The notes under the pieces: model-generated
Told to the model about the DNA's origin: nothing
The model's input: the letters and a program-made list of their open reading frames with translations, nothing else
Database searches by the model: none
Part shown: positions 1-9,247 of the stretch, one piece after another
Layout: every line of letters starts with the position of its first letter
Numbering within the stretch: position 1 is the first letter of the stretch
Origin: Planctomycetota bacterium
GTDB lineage: Bacteria > Planctomycetota > MHYJ01 > WSZJ01
Assembly: GCA_038060895.1 (NCBI GenBank)
Contig: JBBTCT010000001.1
Location: forward strand, 64,001 to 128,000
Length of the DNA stretch: 64,000 bases
Reading direction: 5' to 3'
Position numbers and translations under genes: made by a program

Positions 1-410
1 TGGAGTTCCGCTCGTGGCAACCCGGCGACGGCGAGCACGGCGGCTACGCGACGAAACTCAATGACGCCGGCTGGGCGAAACTGATGGAGGAGCGCCCCGC
101 CGTCAACGCGAAGCTCACCTCGCTCCGCACTCCCTGGGCCGCCCAGCCGATCCCGCACGACCACTTCGCCACGCGCGCCCGCACGACGATGACGTTCCCC
201 GCAGGGAAATGGCGCTTCACTACGACCAGCGACGACGGCGTGCGCGTCCTCATCGACGGAAAGAGGGTCATCGACAACTGGACGTGGCACGCGCCGGCGC
301 CGGACGAAGCCGTGGTCGAGCTCACGGCAGGCGCGCACGAAATCCTCGTCGAGCATTTCGAGATCGACGGGGCGGAAGCGCTTGACTTCGGGATCGAGCC
401 TGCGAAGTAA
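1..410 (+). CDS. PA14 domain-containing protein, C-terminal part (5' end outside window)
   Basis: Frame is open from position 3 to TAA at 410. PA14-like motifs: DHFATRARTTMTFPAGKWRFTTTSDDGVRVLIDGKRVIDNW...H, then GAHEILVEHFE. Confidence 0.8.
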   Translation, partial: EFRSWQPGDGEHGGYATKLNDAGWAKLMEERPAVNAKLTSLRTPWAAQPIPHDHFATRARTTMTFPAGKWRFTTTSDDGVRVLIDGKRVIDNWTWHAPAPDEAVVELTAGAHEILVEHFEIDGAEALDFGIEPAK

Positions 411-419
411 GCGACCGCG

Positions 420-3400
420 CTAGTACTTGTCCACGTACTTGAGAAGCTCGCCCAGGATTCCGAGCAACAGGGCCTTCTCCGCGTCGGCGAGGGCGGGCCA
501 GGACTGCGACGCCAGCCACGCCGTGCTGCCGGGCTCCGCGGCCTTCGCCGCTTCGAGATCGGCGCGCCCCTCGGCGTCGCGCCCCGCGCGCAGGCGCATG
601 AGGCCGCGGTGAAACAGCGCCCGGGCGCGAGCGGCCGCTTCCTTCTCGCCGCACAGGTCCAGCGCCCGTGCGTACAGCGCTTCGGCTCTCGCGCCGTCGC
701 CGAGAAGAAATGCGCCGCCCGCGGCCGCGAGGAGTTCGGGGAGAGTCTCGTCGCGGGGCTTGAGCAGCCTCGGGGCGGCCTCGCCGCTGAAAACGCGGAG
801 CTTGCGGACGCGGACGGCGGAGTAGAAGGGCGTCACGGCGGGGGGGGCCCGGGAGGACAACCGCCCGAAGACTCCCTGCCCGCGAGGGATGGGCGTACCG
901 AGCGGGATCGCAATGTCGGGCGGAGGATTGTCGCCGTCGAAGTGGAGGCGCGCGCGCTCATCTCCGGGCACGACCTCGAGCGAAACGCGGTACCACGTAT
1001 CCGGGGAGGGCTTCCACGAATCCGGCGGCGGGCCCATGCGATCGGTCGGTGCATCGCCGCCCTCGCGCGCGAGGCGAATGGAGAAGACGGGGAGATTGGT
1101 CGAGCCGTCGGGCTTCAATTGAATCGCAAGCTGGTGGCTTCCGACCGCGAGGCCGAAATGGAAACGGCTCTCCCATTCGATCCGCGGGATCTGCATTTCC
1201 CATTCGAAGCGGATCGGCCCGCCGGCGTACTCGAACGCGAGGCCGGCGTTGAAGGCGTCGGAGCGGTGGGCACGGATCTCGAGCGCGTCGCCGGAGGGCG
1301 CGCAGGTGAGCGGCATCTCCGTCGCGAACGATTTCCCGTCGAGGAAGCGATCGAGGCGGATGCGCTCGGTCAGCGCGGACGCGGCGGAGGACCACGCAAG
1401 GCGGTGTTCCTCACGGCGCCGCTCGACCGGGTCGAGCCCCGGCATCGCCAGCAATTCGGAAGAGATCCTCGCGAGCGCCGCCCAGTCCCCCGCTTCCTGA
1501 AGGCAGTTCGCCAGCGCGCGCACGACTTCCTCCGCGCGGTCCTTCACGGAATCCAGCGCCTGCGCCGCTTCCGACCACCGCTTCTGCTCCATCAACGCGA
1601 GGGCCAGGCCGTGGAAATCACCGGCCTCGCGGGAAGCGACTTCGGCTTCGCTCACCAGTCCGAGGGCGAGGAGCTCGCGACCGGCGGGAAGGGCCGGGCC
1701 CGCAGCGGCAGCGGGAGCGAGGGCGGGCGGTGCGGGTTCGCGCTTTCCGGCGCCGAGGATGCGCAGCATCCGGGACCCCGAGACCTGTTCGTTGAGGAGG
1801 ATCTCGTCGTCCCCGTCGCCGTCGACGTCGGCGATGCCCGCGACGCGGACGCGCCCGCGGGCGAGCGTGCGGGGCGAAGAGGCGGGGGCGTCGAGCGAGA
1901 GAAGACTCACGAGGAAATCGTCGTGCTCGCCCGAAATGCTCCTGGCCTGCGTGACGAGCCAGGTCCGGCCGCCGATCTTCGCCTTGTCCAGGTAGACGTA
2001 GCGGTACGGAAGCTGTGCCGGGGGCGCAAAGAGGACGGGCTGCCCGATTTTCCCGGCGGCTTCGATGCGCAGTTCGTGAATTCCGTCGTCGATGACGGGA
2101 AAATCCCGGTCAACGCCGGCCTCGCGCAGCACCTTGCGGTCGGCCTCCGGGCAGAAGCTGACGAACAGGACCCTTCCGTCCTCGAGCCTCAGGAACCGCA
2201 GCGCCAGGCAGTGCGCGAACGCTTCGAGGCGCTTCCACTCCCGCGCCTCCCCGTCCCAGCGCACCAGCCAGATCTGCCAGTGGTTCCACGCTCCCAGGCT
2301 GACGAGCACTTCGGGGCCCGGCTCCGGGTGGAAATCGCCGGCGAGAAGCGCGTCGATCTGGCTGATGCCTCCGTTCGACTTCGAGAGCTTCGTGTCGCTC
2401 ACGACCTCGATCGATCCGCCCGGCGCGAGGCGCACGACCATGAAGCTGCGCGTGAAGTAATGGATGCCGGCCAGGAGCTCGACGCGCCCGTCTCCGTCGA
2501 TGTCGGCCACATGAAGAGCCGAGATTCCCGCGGTGAGGTCCACGCGGCCGCGGGGCAGGAAGCGGCTGCCGTCGAAAGTCCAGGCCGCGAGGTAGCCGGT
2601 GTGTTCGTTCGCGTTGCCACAGCCGATGACGACTTCGGGGCGCATGTCGCCGTCGAGATCGGAAACGAGCAGGCCCGACTCCCGTGCGTTGGCGAGCGGC
2701 GGAAGTTCCAGCGACGCCGCACGCCGGAACGCCGCCCCGGTCCCCCGGTAGTACGCCAGCTCCCCGCCGTCCATGACCAGCATGTCCACGCGCCCATCCC
2801 CGTCGAGGTCCTTCAGCGCAAACTTCTCTCCCGGCGACCGCTGCTCCGTGACGGGAAGCAACCCGGCCAGCACCCCCGCCGCGGCCCGGGCTTCCGCCAC
2901 CGTCTCCGCCCGGGACCGCGCGTCCGCCATGACCGCTTCGTACGCCGCCAGCGCGTTCGCGTGCTCACCCCGGTCGTCGAGAATCCGTGCGATCCGGAAG
3001 CGCGCCTCGGGTGCGCGCGGCGATTCGGGAAAACGGTCGAGCAGGGCGCGAAACGCGCCGCTCGCGCTGGCCGCGACCGATTTCTCCTCGTAGGCGGCGC
3101 CCATCTCAAAGAGCGCTTCCGCCGCGACGTCCCGGTCGGGCGCGGTGTCGATCGCGGCGCGCCAGGCGCGGGCGAATTCGAGTTGCGCGGCGGCGCGTGC
3201 CTTCGCGTCGCCTCCCGCCGCGAATGCGCGCCCGGCTACGAGGCGCGCGCGGGCGAGAGCGTGCTTCTCCCCCTTCGAAGCGGCCTCGCCGTATTTCGCC
3301 ACGTGCGCCAGCGCAAGGTCGCGCGCTTTCGACGCGTCGCCGGCTGCCAGCGCGGCTTCGGCTTCCTTGAGCAGCAGCGCGGAAGCGGTCTCGCGGCCGG

Positions 3401-4565
3401 CCCGCTCTTCGCGCGCCCTCCGCTCGTCGAGATTTCGCCGAAAGGAGGGCCACGCCGCGGCGGCCACGATGGCGAGAAGCGCCACGAACGCGACGGAGGC
3501 GACGGCGCGGTGGCGCCGCAGCGACTTCATCGCGAGGTAGGCGAAGCTCGGCGGGCGCGCGCTGATCGGCTCGCCATCGAGCCAGTGCGTCAGGTCCTCG
3601 ACCAGCGCCGCGGCCGTCGCGTACCGGCGCTCGCGGTCCTTCTCCAGGCATTTCAGCACGACAGTCTCGAGGTCCGCGTCGATCCGCCGGTCGATTTTCC
3701 GCGGGGCCGGCGGCTCAGCCGTCAGCACGGCATTCAGCAGCTCGCCGAGGTTCGCGCCATCGAACGGCGGCCGCCCCGTCAGCAGTTCGTACAACGTGGC
3801 GCCGAGCGCGTAGATGTCCGCACGCGCGTCCACCGCTTCCCCTCGCGCCTGCTCCGGCGGCATGTACGCGGGCGTGCCAACGAGGACGCCGGTGATGGTG
3901 AAGTGGCTTGCGGACTCGATCGGCCGGGCGAGGCCGAAGTCCATGACGTAGACGTGCCACGCCGGCGTCGCGCCGGATTCCGGACGACCCGCGGCCGATT
4001 GCGCGCGCCGCGCGACCATCACGTTGTCCGGTTTCAGGTCGCGATGCACCACGCCCTGCTCGTGCGCGTACGCCACCGCCCGCGCCGCGTCCCGCACGAG
4101 CATCGCCGCCAGCCGCTGGTCGCCGCGCGGCGTCTTCCGAAGCGTCTCCCCGTCCACGAACTGCATCGCGATGTACTGCCGTTCCCGGTCTTCGCCGACC
4201 TCGTGAATCGCCGCGATGTTCGGGTGCGACAGCGCCCCGGCCGTCTGCGCTTCGCGCCGGAACCGGGCCACGTCTTCCTCGCCGAATCCTTTGAGAAATT
4301 TCAGAGCCACCCACCGCCCGATCTGCGTGTCCCACGCCTTCCAGACCTCGCCCATCCCCCCCGACCCCAGCAGCTTCACGCGCACGAATTTCCCGAAGCG
4401 CGCATCGGCGCCAGCCGCCTCGACTTCGGCAGGCGCCGGGAGCGAGGGGCCGGGGCGTGAAGCGGCCCCCGCGGTGCCGCGGAGGACGGTGGGCAAGTTC
4501 GCGGCGGAGCCCGGGACCAGGGTCCTCGCGTCAGAAACGGGCTCGCCGGAAGGGGGGTCAGTCAC
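420..4565 (-). CDS. Membrane-anchored Hanks-type Ser/Thr protein kinase with TPR and FG-GAP/VCBS repeats
   Basis: Kinase motifs LGSGGMGEV, VALK, HRDLKPDN, DFG, YMPPEQ; TM segment AVASVAFVALLAIVAAAAW; TPR-like helices; repeats DLDGDGRVD, DLDGDMRPE, DIDGDGRVE, DVDGDGDDE. GTG start. Confidence 0.9.
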   Translation of the reverse strand: MTDPPSGEPVSDARTLVPGSAANLPTVLRGTAGAASRPGPSLPAPAEVEAAGADARFGKFVRVKLLGSGGMGEVWKAWDTQIGRWVALKFLKGFGEEDVARFRREAQTAGALSHPNIAAIHEVGEDRERQYIAMQFVDGETLRKTPRGDQRLAAMLVRDAARAVAYAHEQGVVHRDLKPDNVMVARRAQSAAGRPESGATPAWHVYVMDFGLARPIESASHFTITGVLVGTPAYMPPEQARGEAVDARADIYALGATLYELLTGRPPFDGANLGELLNAVLTAEPPAPRKIDRRIDADLETVVLKCLEKDRERRYATAAALVEDLTHWLDGEPISARPPSFAYLAMKSLRRHRAVASVAFVALLAIVAAAAWPSFRRNLDERRAREERAGRETASALLLKEAEAALAAGDASKARDLALAHVAKYGEAASKGEKHALARARLVAGRAFAAGGDAKARAAAQLEFARAWRAAIDTAPDRDVAAEALFEMGAAYEEKSVAASASGAFRALLDRFPESPRAPEARFRIARILDDRGEHANALAAYEAVMADARSRAETVAEARAAAGVLAGLLPVTEQRSPGEKFALKDLDGDGRVDMLVMDGGELAYYRGTGAAFRRAASLELPPLANARESGLLVSDLDGDMRPEVVIGCGNANEHTGYLAAWTFDGSRFLPRGRVDLTAGISALHVADIDGDGRVELLAGIHYFTRSFMVVRLAPGGSIEVVSDTKLSKSNGGISQIDALLAGDFHPEPGPEVLVSLGAWNHWQIWLVRWDGEAREWKRLEAFAHCLALRFLRLEDGRVLFVSFCPEADRKVLREAGVDRDFPVIDDGIHELRIEAAGKIGQPVLFAPPAQLPYRYVYLDKAKIGGRTWLVTQARSISGEHDDFLVSLLSLDAPASSPRTLARGRVRVAGIADVDGDGDDEILLNEQVSGSRMLRILGAGKREPAPPALAPAAAAGPALPAGRELLALGLVSEAEVASREAGDFHGLALALMEQKRWSEAAQALDSVKDRAEEVVRALANCLQEAGDWAALARISSELLAMPGLDPVERRREEHRLAWSSAASALTERIRLDRFLDGKSFATEMPLTCAPSGDALEIRAHRSDAFNAGLAFEYAGGPIRFEWEMQIPRIEWESRFHFGLAVGSHQLAIQLKPDGSTNLPVFSIRLAREGGDAPTDRMGPPPDSWKPSPDTWYRVSLEVVPGDERARLHFDGDNPPPDIAIPLGTPIPRGQGVFGRLSSRAPPAVTPFYSAVRVRKLRVFSGEAAPRLLKPRDETLPELLAAAGGAFLLGDGARAEALYARALDLCGEKEAAARARALFHRGLMRLRAGRDAEGRADLEAAKAAEPGSTAWLASQSWPALADAEKALLLGILGELLKYVDKY

Positions 4566-4574
4566 AATGAGATC

Positions 4575-5348
4575 CTACTCCCCAACCTCCGCTTCCAGCG
4601 ACTCCACCCACTTCTCGACGTCCTCCCTCTTCACCCAATCCCGCGGCGCGACTTCGAGCGCCTTCCGGCAATCGGCCAGCGCGCCTTTCGCGTCTCCCAG
4701 CGCCCTCGTCGCGCTCGCGCGCAGGAACCATGCTTCCGGGTCCGTGCCGTTCCTCGAGATCGCTTCGCCCGCGTCCGTCTTCGCGCCTTCGTGATTCCCG
4801 GTGCGGAAGCGGACCTCGCTGCGTCCCCGCCAGGCGCGCGGCGGCTTCGGGTCGAGCTCGATCGCTCTGTCGTACGCCGGGAGCGCCGAGGCGAAATCGC
4901 CCTTGAGCCGGAGCGCGTCCGCGCGGCAGGCCCACGCGGCGCCGTCCGCCGGGTTGAGTTTGATCGCCTCCGCGTAGTCCGCGAGCGCGCCGTCCAGGTC
5001 CCCGCGCATCGCCTTCACCGCGCCCCGCGTCGCCCACGCACCGCGCGACCCGCCCGCGATCGCCGCTTCGCAGTCCGCCTGCGCCCCGGCGAGATCGCCG
5101 GCCGCGTATTTCAGCGTCGCGCGGACCTCGAGCAGCGCAACGTTCCCAGGCCGGTCCGCCAGCGCTTCATCGTAGTCCGTGATGGCCCGCCCGTAGTTCC
5201 CGAGCAGCACCATCTCAGCTGCATGTTTTGTTTTCGCCGCGACGCGCGCATCGCGCGACCGCGCGCGCATCATGAGGGCAAGAGCGACGATGACTCCCGC
5301 GCAAGCCAGCGCCAGCGCGGTGGTCAGCCAGGGAATTCGTCTGGGCAC
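4575..5348 (-). CDS. Membrane-anchored tetratricopeptide repeat protein
   Basis: GTG start at 5348 after a GGAGAG RBS; N-terminal TM (WLTTALALACAGVIVALALMM); TPR units such as GDLDGALADYAEAIKLNP and GDFASALPAYDRAIELDP. Confidence 0.8.
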   Translation of the reverse strand: MPRRIPWLTTALALACAGVIVALALMMRARSRDARVAAKTKHAAEMVLLGNYGRAITDYDEALADRPGNVALLEVRATLKYAAGDLAGAQADCEAAIAGGSRGAWATRGAVKAMRGDLDGALADYAEAIKLNPADGAAWACRADALRLKGDFASALPAYDRAIELDPKPPRAWRGRSEVRFRTGNHEGAKTDAGEAISRNGTDPEAWFLRASATRALGDAKGALADCRKALEVAPRDWVKREDVEKWVESLEAEVGE

Positions 5349-5371
5349 GCTCAGCTCTCCCGACTGCCCTT

Positions 5372-5797
5372 TCACTTCCCTACGCCACAGCACTTCTTGA
5401 ACTTCTTCCCGCTCCCACACTTGCACGGATCGTTCCGCCCCGGCTCCGCCGCCGCGATCTTCACCGGCAGCCTCTTCGCCTGGTCCTCCCGCGCCAGCGA
5501 CTCGCCGCGCTTCACGGCTTCCTTCGCCATCGCGTTCGCGTTCGGCAGCAGAAGCGCCTTCCCGGCCCACTCGAGGAAACCGCCGATCATTTTCGGCGCG
5601 TCGTCGAGCCGCGCTTTTTTCATGCGCGGGATGACGCTCTGAAGCGCCTTGTCCACCGCAGGACCGTTGAGCTCGGAAGCCTTGCAGCCGGTGGCTTCGA
5701 GGAACGCGTTGAGGATGTCGGGCATGTCGCGGCCCATGTAGGACCACGGTGACGAGAGAGTGTGCGCGATGAAGTCGCCGACGATCTTGTCGTTCAT
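5372..5797 (-). CDS. SEC-C metal-binding motif protein
   Basis: ATG at 5797 (MNDKIVGDF); C-terminal EPGRNDPCKCGSGKKFKKCC is a SEC-C motif. Confidence 0.85.
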   Translation of the reverse strand: MNDKIVGDFIAHTLSSPWSYMGRDMPDILNAFLEATGCKASELNGPAVDKALQSVIPRMKKARLDDAPKMIGGFLEWAGKALLLPNANAMAKEAVKRGESLAREDQAKRLPVKIAAAEPGRNDPCKCGSGKKFKKCCGVGK

Positions 5798-5868
5798 GGT
5801 GAAGATGGCTCCACGAAGTAAGAACGGCCTCCGCGATCGGAGGCCGGTGTTGCTCGACAAAGTCCGGT

Positions 5869-5908
5869 GCCCTTCGACTCGCCCGCCTGCGGCGGGCTCG
5901 CTCAGGGC
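5869..5908. repeat. REP-like hairpin, copy 1 (CCCTGAGCGAG...CGAGTCGAAGGG family)
   Basis: Minus strand reads GCCCTGAGCGAGCCCGCC-GCA-GGCGGGCGAGTCGAAGGGC; same end motifs as 12920-12944 and 56735-56785. Confidence 0.75.
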
Positions 5909-5938
5909 TTTTTGAGGCTCGCGGAGCGAGCCCCTAAA

Positions 5939-6010
5939 AGCTGGCCATGGGGATCGAACCCACAACCTGCGCTTTACGAAAGCGCTGCTCTACCATTGAG
6001 CTAGGCCAGC
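5939..6010 (-). tRNA. tRNA-Thr(CGT)
   Basis: Minus strand GCTGGCC-TAGCTCAATGGTAGAGC-A-GCGCT-TTCGTAA-AGCGC-AGGTT-GTGGG-TTCGATC-CCCAT-GGCCAGC-T folds as a cloverleaf; anticodon CGT; CCA not encoded. Confidence 0.95.
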
Positions 6011-6022
6011 AATTGTCTCGGA

Positions 6023-6050
6023 ATCTTAGAGGGAAATCGGTGCGAGTCAA
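6023..6050 (-). promoter_or_regulatory. Sigma70-type promoter for tRNA-Thr
   Basis: TTGACT-16nt-TAAGAT, ending 12 nt upstream of the tRNA 5' end. Confidence 0.55.
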
Positions 6051-6089
6051 GGGCGCCGTGACGTCCGGCGGCAGTACCATTCCTCGCGC

Positions 6090-7631
6090 ATGCACGCCGA
6101 GACCGCTTACCTTTTCCGCCACGCTCTCCTGCGCGACGCCGCGTACCAGCTCCAGCTCCCCGGCGACCGAGCGCGGATGCACGAGATCGCATTTGAGGTG
6201 CTCGAAGATTTCGCCGGCGGCCGGCCGCCGGAGCCGCCGGGCGCGGCCGAGGAAAACTCGGCCGTCACTCCCCACGCAGCCGATCCCTTTGCGTTCGAGC
6301 TCGCCACCCATGCCCGCCTGGCGCGCACAGCCGCGTCCGCGGACAGGACGGCGATGGACGCCGCGCTTCGCCTCTACCTCCGGCGCGGCGCCGAGCATTC
6401 AGAACGGGTTTTTCAGTCAGAAGCGGCCGTCAGCCTCTGGCAGCAGCTCGCGGAAGTTCAGCAGGGCGTGGAATGCGCCGAGGCGCTTCGAAGGGCCGCA
6501 GCCGCCGCCCACCAGGCCGGATGGACCCGGCTCGCGGAGCCGCTCTATCGCCGGGCGGCGGCGATGTTCCGGGACTTTTGCGCGCGGCGGAACGAGGGAC
6601 ATGCCCTGATCGGCGTCTCCGACCTGTGCCGCATGACGGCCCGGGTACCCGAGGCCGAGAGGGTGCTGGAAGAGGCGCTCGGGATATTCCGGGAGATCGG
6701 CGACAAGCGCCTGAAAGGTGTCGTTCTCGGAAGTCTCGGGAGCATTTTCCGGGCGACCGGGCGACCCGGGCGGGCGCTCGCGAATTACGAGCAGGCGCTG
6801 TCGCTCCATGTCGAGACGCGCGACCGCCACAGCGAGGGCGTCTGCCGCGCGAGCCTGGCCCGGGCGTGGCAGGATGCGGGACGCCTTCTGGAGGCGGAGG
6901 AGGGGCTCGAGCGGGCCCTTGCGATTCACCGCGAGCTGGGAGAGAAACGCTTTGAAGGCATCGTCCTGGGCAGCCTTGGGGTGCTCCGCCAGAAGACGCG
7001 ACACTTCGAGGAAGCAGAACGGACTTACCGTCACGCGCTGGCGCTGCTCGGGGAAACCGGTGACCGGTTCTTTGAAGGCGTTGCGCTCGGGAATCTCGCG
7101 GGGCTCCTCGTGTTCCTGGGCCGTTTCGAAGAATCGGAGGCGCTGCTTGTGCGCGTGCTTCCTTTCCACCGGGAATACGGCGACCGGCGCGGCGAGGGCA
7201 TTGCGCTGGGGCGTCTGGCCAGCGTGTCCCAGGGGATGGGTCGGCTCGAGCATGCGGAGAAACTCGCGCAGGAAGCGGTCGCCATTCATCGTGAAGTCGG
7301 GAATCGGGCGCACGAAGCGTCGGACCTCGAGGTGCTGGCCTTCATCGTCGAGGAATCGGGCCGGCATGAGGAAGCTCTGTCCTGCCTGAGGCAAGCGGCG
7401 GAGATCTACCGGCGGATCGGCGACCGCGATGGCGAAGGCGGCAATTCCTGCGACTTCGCCACGCTGCTCGTGGCGTCGGGTCGTGTGGACGAAGCACGCG
7501 CGGCGTGGTCCCGGGGCGTCGCGATTCTGCTGGAACTGGGCGACCGGGGCCAGGTCGAGCGGAAGTCCGCGCGCCTGCGCGATGTGTGCGCCGGGGCGGG
7601 AGTTCCTCCCTTTCAAGCGCCGGACGCATGA
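6090..7631 (+). CDS. TPR protein (STAND/adenylate-cyclase-type sensor region without NTPase), paralog 1
   Basis: Starts MHAETAYLFRHALLRDAAYQLQLPGDRARMH, followed by ~40-aa TPR_12/MalT-like repeats (ALAIHRELGEKRFEGIVLGSLG). Confidence 0.85.
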   Translation: MHAETAYLFRHALLRDAAYQLQLPGDRARMHEIAFEVLEDFAGGRPPEPPGAAEENSAVTPHAADPFAFELATHARLARTAASADRTAMDAALRLYLRRGAEHSERVFQSEAAVSLWQQLAEVQQGVECAEALRRAAAAAHQAGWTRLAEPLYRRAAAMFRDFCARRNEGHALIGVSDLCRMTARVPEAERVLEEALGIFREIGDKRLKGVVLGSLGSIFRATGRPGRALANYEQALSLHVETRDRHSEGVCRASLARAWQDAGRLLEAEEGLERALAIHRELGEKRFEGIVLGSLGVLRQKTRHFEEAERTYRHALALLGETGDRFFEGVALGNLAGLLVFLGRFEESEALLVRVLPFHREYGDRRGEGIALGRLASVSQGMGRLEHAEKLAQEAVAIHREVGNRAHEASDLEVLAFIVEESGRHEEALSCLRQAAEIYRRIGDRDGEGGNSCDFATLLVASGRVDEARAAWSRGVAILLELGDRGQVERKSARLRDVCAGAGVPPFQAPDA

Positions 7632-9040
7632 CCTCAGCAGAAATCGCCTATTTGTTCAGACACGCCCTCCTGCGCGACGCCGCGTACCAACTCCAGCTCC
7701 CCGGCGACCGCGCGCGACTGCACGGGCTGGCGTTTGCGGCGATCGAGGACGCCTGCGGCGGCCGGCCGGCGCCGCTGCCGCCCCTGGACTACGTCCGTGC
7801 CGCCGCGTTCGCGGGCCACTCGACCGACGCGGTCGCCGCAGAACTCGCCGGGCACGCCCGCCGCGCCGCGTCGCCGGGCCTCCTCCCCGCCGAACGCCTC
7901 TACCTCCGGCGCGCCGGCGAGGTCGCGGAGGCCGCATACCGGCACGGCGCCGCGGCCGAAGCCTGGCTCGCGTTCGCCGGGGTTTCCGGAGGAATGGAAC
8001 AGGCGGAGGCGATCCGCCGTGCGTCCATTGCCGCCAACAGCGACGGCCGCGCGAAAGACGCGGAAGCCCTTCTCCTCCGCGCGATCGACGCCTTCCGGCG
8101 CGCCGGCGCCGCGCTCCAGGAAGGCGTCGCGCACAACAACCTCGCCGCGACCTTGTATGAGACCGGCCGGGGAGCGGAAGCCGAAGCGGAGTACCGGCTG
8201 GCGATCGGCCTCCTGCGCGCCTCCGGGGAAAAGTCGGTGGAGGCAGTGTGCCTGAACGGACTGGCCAGCCTGTGCGCCGGGCTCGGCCGCATCGAGGAAG
8301 CGGAGCGGCTGTACCGGGAGGCTCTGGACCTCGCGCGCGCCATCGGGAACTCCAGGGTGGAGGGAATCATCCTCGGAAATCTCGCGAACCACCTCGGCGC
8401 AACCGGGCGTCCCTCCGAGGGCGAAGCCGTCATCCAGGAAGCGATGGTGCTGCACAAACGCACCGGCAACCGGCGCTTCGAGGGCCTCGCCCTCCTGAAC
8501 ATCGGCACGTTCCGCCAGGAGGGCGGCCGGTCGCAGGAGGCGATCGAAATCTTCGAGAGCGCCCTCGCCGTCTTTCGCGAGACCGGCGACCGCCGGAGCG
8601 CCGGCGCCACCCTCGCGAATTTCGCGGCCGCTCTCTTCAGTTGCGGCGACCGCGACGGCGCGCGGCGGCACCTGGAGCAGGCACTGGCCATCCATCGCGA
8701 GGTCGGCAACCGCCGATCCGAAGCGCTCACCCTCGGCAATCTCGCAATCCTCGATGGCCTCGCGGGACGACCCGCCGCCGCCGAAGATCTCTTCCGCCGC
8801 GCCCTCGCCCTCCATCGCGACCTCGGCAACCGCCGCTACGAGGGCTTCACGTGGTGCGACTACGCGGTCTTCCTCACCTCCCCCCGCCGCATCCCACAGG
8901 CGCGCGCCGCCTGGGCCTCAGGGGTCGCGCTTCTTCGTGAAGTCCGGGACTCGGGGACCCTCGAGCGGAAGACTGAGGAGATGCGGAAGAAGTGCGAGCA
9001 GGAGGGTATCGAGCGGCTGGACGCGGAGGTGGAGTCATGA
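7628..9040 (+). CDS. TPR protein, paralog 2
   Basis: ATGA overlap with the paralog 1 stop; starts MTSAEIAYLFRHALLRDAAYQLQLPGDRARLH; repeats such as ALAIHREVGNRRSEALTLGNLA. Confidence 0.85.
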   Translation: MTSAEIAYLFRHALLRDAAYQLQLPGDRARLHGLAFAAIEDACGGRPAPLPPLDYVRAAAFAGHSTDAVAAELAGHARRAASPGLLPAERLYLRRAGEVAEAAYRHGAAAEAWLAFAGVSGGMEQAEAIRRASIAANSDGRAKDAEALLLRAIDAFRRAGAALQEGVAHNNLAATLYETGRGAEAEAEYRLAIGLLRASGEKSVEAVCLNGLASLCAGLGRIEEAERLYREALDLARAIGNSRVEGIILGNLANHLGATGRPSEGEAVIQEAMVLHKRTGNRRFEGLALLNIGTFRQEGGRSQEAIEIFESALAVFRETGDRRSAGATLANFAAALFSCGDRDGARRHLEQALAIHREVGNRRSEALTLGNLAILDGLAGRPAAAEDLFRRALALHRDLGNRRYEGFTWCDYAVFLTSPRRIPQARAAWASGVALLREVRDSGTLERKTEEMRKKCEQEGIERLDAEVES

Positions 9041-9247
9041 GCCGCTCGCGAAGCTGCGTTTGTTGCCGGGCCCGGGCGCGTACGTGCTGAATCCCGGACA
9101 GAGATCACATTCGATTCAGGCCTCGAATCGCAACTTCGGATAGGCAGAAGCGCCCGCGGAGGCAATCCGTCGCGGCGTCCGTGTCCGGCGGCATGATGCA
9201 TTCGGGTGTGACGTGAGACTCAGCCACGCGCCGCTTATCATCCTCTC

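Noticed and set aside
609-4460. 1283-aa plus-strand ORF and other long antisense or alternate-frame ORFs (e.g. 47151-48758, 49604-51298, 59265-60899)
   Set aside because: Shadow ORFs expected in high-GC DNA; they overlap well-supported genes and have no recognisable motifs.
9041-9247. ncRNA or small ORF between TPR paralogs 2 and 3
   Set aside because: Only weak hairpins and a 17-codon ORF; no recognisable RNA family.
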